The position numbers were made by a program, and so were the translations under genes. The notes beneath the pieces are model-generated. The model was not told the origin of the DNA. It searched no databases and saw only the letters and a list, made by a program, of their open reading frames with translations. Shown here piece after piece: positions 56,710 to 64,000 of a stretch of DNA of 64,000 nt. This DNA comes from Octopus vulgaris (Eukaryota): NCBI GenBank assembly GCA_951406725.2, contig OX597822.1, forward strand, positions 107,632,001-107,696,000, in the 5' to 3' direction. Each line of letters starts with the position of its first letter. Position 1 is the first letter of the stretch.

Positions 56710-57880
56710 TAGCCGGTTTTGTCAAAAGTTTTCTACGATTGTCACTGATGATTATGAAAACAAACATCTAAATCTTGTTCAATCGTTATTGAATTGTATT
56801 CTTTATTTTCATATAAAACTTTTAAACATTAATTGTTCATATTTTATTTACTACTTTGAAAATCAGTCATGAAAAAATTGCAATTAGGGCCATGTAGAAA
56901 ACCAAAAAAGGCATCGGGAAAAGAAATTAACGATATAGAAGGGCCAGGAACGGTCAGCAAACGTGTAGCAAGGGAAGTGACACCAACCTTGAAGAGAAAC
57001 CAAAATCATGTAGACCTTCTGTTGTGGGAAATGGGTGAAGAGCAGCCATGCACAAGCATTCGTACATTGTTGGTAGTAATTGGTTCTTCCTAAAGCAGCA
57101 TCAATCGACAGAAGCATAAGCTCGGACTTCTGAACAGATACTGCAGAGAAGTGTCTTATGAACTGACTAATGACTCTGCTCAACGATGTGTGAAAATTTG
57201 CAAACAACTGCTGGTAAATCATCGAGAAGACCGTTTTGGCATCGAATTGGAGTTTTTTAGTGAAAATGGATGTATTTTCGTAATCCTAATAAGAGAAATC
57301 ACTGGCCTTGTTCCGCCCATGCTTCAGAACATTCTTGGAACGAAGACAATGTTATGCTGTCTTTTTAGTGGAATTTTGAGTGGGGTTTTGTACTTCAAAC
57401 CTGTCCAAGATGGCCATGCTCTGAACGCTAACCTTTATGCACAACAACTAAAGCAAGTATATGGTGCTTTGAAAGTCCACTACACGTGAGTGCTCAATCG
57501 GAGAATCATACAGCTACAGCATAACAATGCTTCTGCATACTCTCAATTTGACATTGTGCAAACTTGAGGGACAAGAATTGCTACCTTACTCTCATTACAC
57601 TCTAGACCATGCACCAACAGATTACCATATTTTTCCGAGCCAAGACTCGTTCACTGTACGAACAGTGGGTCACCAATATGGATGAGGTTGGAAACGGATG
57701 AAGGGTGTTTTTGGTCTCTAAACCAGCCAAGTGCTATCGACATGGAATTAAGCTTCTCGCTGAAAGATTGCAATAAGCACTAGCATATAATGGAATGTTT
57801 TGACGAATAAACGTTGTTTGTGTATAATTTGTTTGAAATATATATCGAAGATTAAAATAATAAAACAAAAATTAACTCAA
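56710..57880 (+). mobile_element. degenerate near-full-length mariner element
   Basis: EINDIEGPGTVSKRVA, VSYELTNDSAQRCVKICKQLL, KTMLCC..GVLYFKPVQDGHALNANLYAQQL, LQHNNASA, YTLDHAPTDYHIF, YRHGIKLLAERLQ*ALAYNG. Confidence 0.8.
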
Positions 57881-57904
57881 ACTAGTATCTGTCTTTCTGT
57901 CTAT

Positions 57905-58122
57905 CTATCCATGTAATACACGATCCCTATTGATCGTTTTTCTCCTTTCCTTTTTTCTTTTTTCTTCCCTTTTTTCTATTTTTTCTTTCCTTTTTTTAAA
58001 ATTTTTCTTTCCTTTTTACGATCCCTTTTGATCGAAAACCTGCCCCCTCCCCCCCCAAAGAAAAGCTGTACTTTGTAATCTGTCCCGTTTGTGTGCAGCC
58101 CTGTGTGGCTAATAAAGAAACA
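57905..58122 (+). mobile_element. orphan LINE 3' tail ending AATAAAGAAA + (TATC)n
   Basis: Ends TGTCCCGTTTGTGTGCAGCCCTGTGTGGCTAATAAAGAAA, similar to the SINE-N tail TGTCCTTGTTTG..TTTAGCCCCTTGTGGGTAATAAAGAAA. Confidence 0.5.
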
Positions 58123-58185
<63 letters not shown>

Positions 58186-59267
58186 AAGTTTGCGAGTGTA
58201 TCTATTTGTGTGCATGCGTGAGTTTGAGTATGTGCAAGCATATTCTTACGATACGTGTACAAGTAAGTTCACATTTTATGCACTTCGGCACGATGAGATT
58301 CTTCAGAATGTCATAGACGAGTTTGATAATTTTAGTTGACGTGAAGAACAAACTGACTAACATTTTGGTTTGTAAATGTCAGTTTTTCTCTCGTTACGAC
58401 AATTAAACTTATGGAACCCATTCATGAACATCACGCCAAAATCATTACAGTTTACCACTTTTATCGAATTCCATGATTTTTCCAGTCCAAATAAGACTCT
58501 CTTGATGTTTAACCAAAATTTCCATGATAAATTTGATTCCCCTATCTCATTCGATAAACCAGAAATAAATACAACATTACATTAATGTCCGTTCGAATTA
58601 TTGTACAGTGCCACAACCAATTAGCATTTACAGATTTTAATTTAAATGTATGAAACCCAGCTTCCCATTGGTCTTAGATGTTCCTCATTTGTGTATGTAA
58701 ATATAAAGCAGTAATTTCAGACTTCGTGTTGCAAAGTATGCCCAGAACTACTGTTGATATTTAGAAAATTTACAATTTAAAGAATTAAAAATCCCTGTTA
58801 CAATTCAGTTGATTTGAATAATAACATAGCGTTGAAAGTAATTATGACGGAAAAAGAAACAGACTTCAATAATTTTCTAGAATTAAAAGCATATTATTTT
58901 TTCAATTTCACTGCAATGTCATAGTAGAGAATTTTTTACTTAATCTCTTGTACAAAACGTAGTCAAAAATATGGAGCAGTATTAGTGTGAAGTATGGCAA
59001 TGAAACAGAAATATCTATGGTGTTATCAAAAATGGTAAGAAGAGAAATCTGTGTCCTTCACGAAATTTCTAACAGCTGCGTCGTTAGGGAATTCAGTACT
59101 TGACCTCAAGCTGAACCAGCACCAACACATGTCTACGTACGCTACGTACAGTTACACTCCTTGATTCTACCCAGGTGTGCGACGGTCTAATAAATGCTCA
59201 CTTATCTAAGCGATATCGAATAATTCTTGTTAGCACATTGATGTGTACTCAACCTAGTAAACACAAC

Positions 59268-59671
59268 CATATTCTTTTCTACTCTTGGTACAAGGCCCGC
59301 AGTTTTTGGGGAGTGGGCCAGTTGATCAGACCTACCCCAGTATGCAACTGGTAGTTAATTTATAGACCCAGAAATGATGAAAGGCAAAGTCTTCCTCGGC
59401 GGAATTTTAATTCGGAACGTAAAGACAAACGAAATACCTATTTCTTTACTACCCACAAGTGTCTAAACACAGAGGGGACAAACAAGGGCAGACAAACGGA
59501 TTAAGTCGACTATATCGACCCCAGTGCGTAATTGCTACTTAATTTATCGACCCCGAAATGATGAAAGGCAAAGTCGACTTCGGCGGAATTTGAACTCAGA
59601 ACGTAACGGCAGACGAAATACGACTACGCATTTCACCTGGAGTGCTAACGTCTCTAACGGCTCACCACCTT
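59268..59671 (-). mobile_element. SINE family N, tandem dimer
   Basis: Same AAAGAAATA|GGTATTTCG junction near 59438. The second unit ends in the alternative GTAGAAAAGAAT tail. Confidence 0.8.
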
Positions 59672-60232
59672 GTAAACACAATAATATAGAAACACACATA
59701 CATATAAAATCGTTGGGGCCCTCTGAGATATACACACATGTGAAATAGCAATGTTAGCCATTTAGACTGAAGAAAGCGAAATGTTTAGCTTCATTATTTC
59801 TTGAAGTGTTAAATCAGTGGATTAAATGGAATTGGTAGAACGTCGGATGAAGTACATTGCCTTATTTGTTGCGGCTGTATGCATCTTGAGTTGAAATCCA
59901 GAGAGAATAGTTTTGCCTTCCATCTCTTCGCAGGTGATGAAATTAAGAATCAAGCAAGTATTGGGTGCAAATGTAATTAAGAAAAATCCTCTTTATTAAA
60001 ATTGTTGACCTTATGCTTAACTCTATTAATCCACGCTCTACTAGACCATACTTGCATGGCATCCTGTTCTATCATTTTTCTTCCATACTTCCACGGCCTA
60101 TCTACACGACATTTCATTATCATTCACATAGCTCCACTTATCCTTACACATTAAACAACTTGACAAAGAATATATAAAACGTACAAGAGCACGAAAACTA
60201 TATCTGTTTCATGAAATCTCTGAAATCCCTAT

Positions 60233-60298
<66 letters not shown>

Positions 60299-60405
60299 TA
60301 TCTACATATGTGCATATGTATATATATGCATGTATTTATATCTGTATATGTAGATATATATAATATAAATATATATATATATTTATATACATATATATAT
60401 ATATA

Positions 60406-62597
60406 AACTTACATAAACTTAGATATGTTTCGACCAATGATTGATCCAGGTCATGTCTAACATAATAGCACCACCTGATAGGATTATTTGAATCCTGTTT
60501 AAGTCAAGTTTTGTTTACGGTCCATTCAAGTAGTAAGTTTTTGTTGGGTGAGTTGTATCCAATTATGGGTGGCTTATCTGGTATTCCTTGAAGGAATCTA
60601 TCCAGACTCCGTTTAAAGTTGATGGGATCCTGTTCCTCTTTGATCTCTTTCGGGACAATGTTAAATAGGGCAGGACCTGTTGAGTAAAAGAAATTATGTT
60701 GTAGTGTACATGTATGCTGTAATCTTGAATTAGGCAGGGGACGTATGGCCCGTGGTCCCAGTCTTGGATGAACCTTGAAGCTAATGTTCAGGTCGTTTGG
60801 GCAAAGTTGGCGGTATATTCTCCACATCGTACAAATGATGTACCGCTCACGGCGACGATGGAGAGAGTAGAGTTTCAAGGCTTTAAGGCGATCCCAATAA
60901 TCGAGAGCAGTCATGTCTTCAATTCGTTTAGTGAGTGCTCTCTGGGGTGATTCAATCCTCGAGATGTTTTGTCTTGCACGAGGAGACCACAATGGGCAGC
61001 AGTATTCGAGGTGTGGCCGTACAAAGGAGGAGAAAGGTGGTATGATGATACCTTGTTCTCTGGACCGGAAAGTTCTTAAGATCCAGGAACTCATCCTACG
61101 AGCTATATCGACCTTCTTGTTGATGTGTGCACTCCAACTGAGATCGTCATCAACAATTACACCCAGGTATCTGATATTGTTAGAGTCTGTGAGCGGTTCC
61201 CCTGAAGGAAGAGAGTATGGCTGTTTTAGTGAGGAATTTCTTCCAAAATGCATCAGCTCAAATTTTCCCTCGTTCAGTTGCATTTTGGTTCTGTCTGCCC
61301 ATTGACTCACAGCATATAGATCAGACTGGATTTGAGTTCGGTCTGCTTCTTCATTGACGATTTGCTGGAGCTTAGTGTCATCAGCAAATATTTTCACTTT
61401 GCAGTAATGTATGGCACTGGAAAGGTCGTTTATGTAGATTATGAAGAGTAGCGGACCCAAGACAGTCCCCTGGGGGACACCGCTGGTGACTTTTGCTGCG
61501 CTTGAATGGACTCCATCAACTACAACATGTTGTGTTCTATTCGCCAGAAAATACTTAATGCAGTGTAGAACTTTTCCACGGATTCCAACATTTGCCAATT
61601 TTGAGAGTAGGATATTATGGTCTACTCTGTCGAACGCTTTACTGAAGTCAAGATATATGACATCAGAGTTCGAACCTGTTCCCAAGGCTTTGAGTACATC
61701 TTCAATGTGGTGTAAGAGCTGTGTTAGACAGTCCCTGCGACAGCGAAAGCCATGCTGATTTGCATTTAGGAGTTTGTGGGTCTCCAGGAAGTCAGCTATC
61801 CTTGATCTTAACACTCTTTCAAACACTTTGATGTTGTGGGAGGTGAGTGAGATTGGGCGATAGCTGAGTGCGAGGGATCTGTTTCCCTGTTTGAAAACCG
61901 GGATGACTGACTGGGATAGAAACTGTTTTGGTATATAACCTGCGTCTAACGAATTTCTCCAGAGGTTGGTCAGAGGGACTGCAAGTTGGTGTCTACATTC
62001 CTTCAGGAGACTAGCGGGGAATCTATCAGGGCCTACAGCAGAGTAGTATTTGACCTCATTTATTGCTGCTATGATGTCAGTGGCAGTGAAGGTTATGCCT
62101 GAGATTTTATGTTGAGAGTCAACTTCGTTCGTCAATATCAGTGGGAACACTAAAGACAGAGCAGTATTGTTTCTGCAGTATTTCTGCCATTTCTTTAGCA
62201 TCGTGTTGGGGAATGCCGTTATCATCAATCAATGGCCCAATGGGGGAGACAGTGGTTCTATGCTTATTTGCATAAGAATAGAACACTTTTGGGTTCTGTT
62301 TGATGTTTTTTGATTACCCACTGTTCCTCTACAGCTCTTTGATTTTCAATGGAGGTTTTCATGTTAGTCTGCAGATGAAGTTTTTCAAGCTCTAGCCTTT
62401 TCATTGTTGTTGAATGTGGATGTTGCGTGTGGGAATATTTTAATTGGTTGATTTTTTTGTTGAGTCTTTCGATGTGCCTGATAAGTGTTTTTTTTTCTTT
62501 TTAGGGAGCCGGTTTCTGTTTGTGTTAGTAGATTTCGTGGGAGCGTGTTTAGAGCATGTATAGGTGACAATGTTTTCAAAGTGCTGCCATGCGGTCT

Positions 62598-62598
<1 letters not shown>
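60406..62598 (-). mobile_element. 5'-truncated non-LTR retrotransposon (CR1/L2, jockey-group LINE)
   Basis: RT ORF plus an upstream frameshifted part (IKQNPKVFYSYANKHRT..IGPLIDD). Short 3' UTR with a hairpin and a TAAGTTTA-type tandem tail. Flanked by (TA)n on both sides. Confidence 0.88.
60504..62228 (-). CDS. LINE ORF2 reverse-transcriptase domain and C-terminal region (endonuclease missing, N-terminus out of frame)
   Basis: 574-aa open frame with GPDRFP, YRPISLTS, QHGFR, YLDFSKAFDRVDH, SGVPQGTVLGPLLF, FADDTK, LGVIVD, RPHLEY, RLKALKLYSL..RR. Confidence 0.9.
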   Translation of the reverse strand: MMITAFPNTMLKKWQKYCRNNTALSLVFPLILTNEVDSQHKISGITFTATDIIAAINEVKYYSAVGPDRFPASLLKECRHQLAVPLTNLWRNSLDAGYIPKQFLSQSVIPVFKQGNRSLALSYRPISLTSHNIKVFERVLRSRIADFLETHKLLNANQHGFRCRRDCLTQLLHHIEDVLKALGTGSNSDVIYLDFSKAFDRVDHNILLSKLANVGIRGKVLHCIKYFLANRTQHVVVDGVHSSAAKVTSGVPQGTVLGPLLFIIYINDLSSAIHYCKVKIFADDTKLQQIVNEEADRTQIQSDLYAVSQWADRTKMQLNEGKFELMHFGRNSSLKQPYSLPSGEPLTDSNNIRYLGVIVDDDLSWSAHINKKVDIARRMSSWILRTFRSREQGIIIPPFSSFVRPHLEYCCPLWSPRARQNISRIESPQRALTKRIEDMTALDYWDRLKALKLYSLHRRRERYIICTMWRIYRQLCPNDLNISFKVHPRLGPRAIRPLPNSRLQHTCTLQHNFFYSTGPALFNIVPKEIKEEQDPINFKRSLDRFLQGIPDKPPIIGYNSPNKNLLLEWTVNKT

Positions 62599-62678
<80 letters not shown>

Positions 62679-63309
62679 CAAGCGCTTCCTATGTCTCTCA
62701 CAATACTTAGTAACCGAATGGTTTATCGTTCTACACTCCTCATATATTCTTTACTCTCAGAGATGTCATATGAACCACGATCATATATATATAGAAAAAT
62801 CTCATTTCACAAATTCACAAAAAGCGATAAATAAAATCATGGGACTTACAAGAATGAATCAACTAAACGAAAATTTATCAGAATATAAACAACGTTGATC
62901 AGGAAACGAGCCGCACCCTTCGTATACCGAATACCGAATAAAACACCGAATAACGCCATTTATCTTGTTGTTGAAGGAAAATCTATTTTCTCTCTTATGT
63001 TAAGTCGATCTATGTTTCTGAATTGATGCATTCATAGTTTAAATCAACAAAATGAACGATTTCGCTTGGAAGTTTATTTCGTGGAAAGGGAGTATTTACG
63101 CTTTTACTTCATCTTGCCCCAATATTAACATAATGTTTCATCTGTAAACATTCTCATTATTCTTTCTACATATCATCTTTTTTTGTTTGTTTTTGTTTCA
63201 CGTCCCAATGAAATTTCTTTTCGTGTTACTCTAGCTATCTGTTTCTATATTAAATGTATGCATTTAACTGAAACAAGTTAAAGGGGAAAGACATATATAC
63301 ATGTATATG

Positions 63310-63379
<70 letters not shown>

Positions 63380-63445
63380 TATATATATCTATATATCCTT
63401 ATACTTATATATATATATATATATCCTTATATATATCTATATATC

Positions 63446-63494
<49 letters not shown>

Positions 63495-63584
63495 TATATA
63501 TATATATTCATGTATACCTACATATATTTATAGATACATATACACATATGTTTTACTATTGTGTATGTATGTAAACTTGCACAT

Positions 63585-63634
<50 letters not shown>

Positions 63635-63718
63635 TAACACATCTATATCTATGTGCACGTATACTTATGCATCTATCTATCTTACTTTCTGATTTTCCGT
63701 CTACCTCACACTCGCTCG

Positions 63719-63781
<63 letters not shown>

Positions 63782-64000
63782 TACATGTGTGAACATATTC
63801 ATAAATATCTATACGCACATATTGTCAAGAGGAGTGGTTGAATGAAAAACACTTTTTCATAAAATCACAGCCACACTCATGCATGAATATACACAGATGT
63901 GTTTAAGCATGCGTACATATGCAAACACAAATACTTACAGACATGTATCAACCCAAATGTATTTATATTCATTTACACAAATAGTTATTTACATTAATAT

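Noticed and set aside
60420-60460. GACC..GGTC-GAAAC at the LINE 3' end looks hammerhead-like
   Set aside because: No CUGANGA box or stem I. It fits an ordinary LINE 3' hairpin before tandem tail repeats.

Overview
AT-rich, microsatellite-saturated eukaryotic DNA, apparently intergenic or intronic. The repeat families resemble those of cephalopods such as Octopus (inference). I found no convincing host gene, and almost all of the ORF track is translated (TA)n/(CA)n/(TATC)n/(GAA)n noise or SINE sequence. The real coding remnants are all transposon-derived: a near-complete but disabled Neptune-type Penelope-like element (RT + GIY-YIG, 23.2-26.2 kb), a 5'-truncated CR1/L2-group LINE RT (60.4-62.6 kb, minus), an R4/Dong-like RT scrap, a Helitron PIF1-helicase remnant with its 3' end, a hATm-like transposase and several mariner/Tc1 relics. 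Non-coding elements include four tRNA-headed SINE families (modular, nested, multimeric), two non-autonomous Helitrons, a Helentron-type HINE, MITEs, a probable solo LTR and an RTE-like short element. The most notable signal is a population of roughly 200-360 bp non-coding cassettes docked in (TA)n tracts. They carry type I hammerhead-ribozyme motifs of several designs: six minimal, dimer-type copies with covarying stem I, one canonical copy with a long helix II, degenerate relatives, and a fold-back palindrome centred on a hammerhead helix II. Three of the cassettes directly flank the Penelope ORF.
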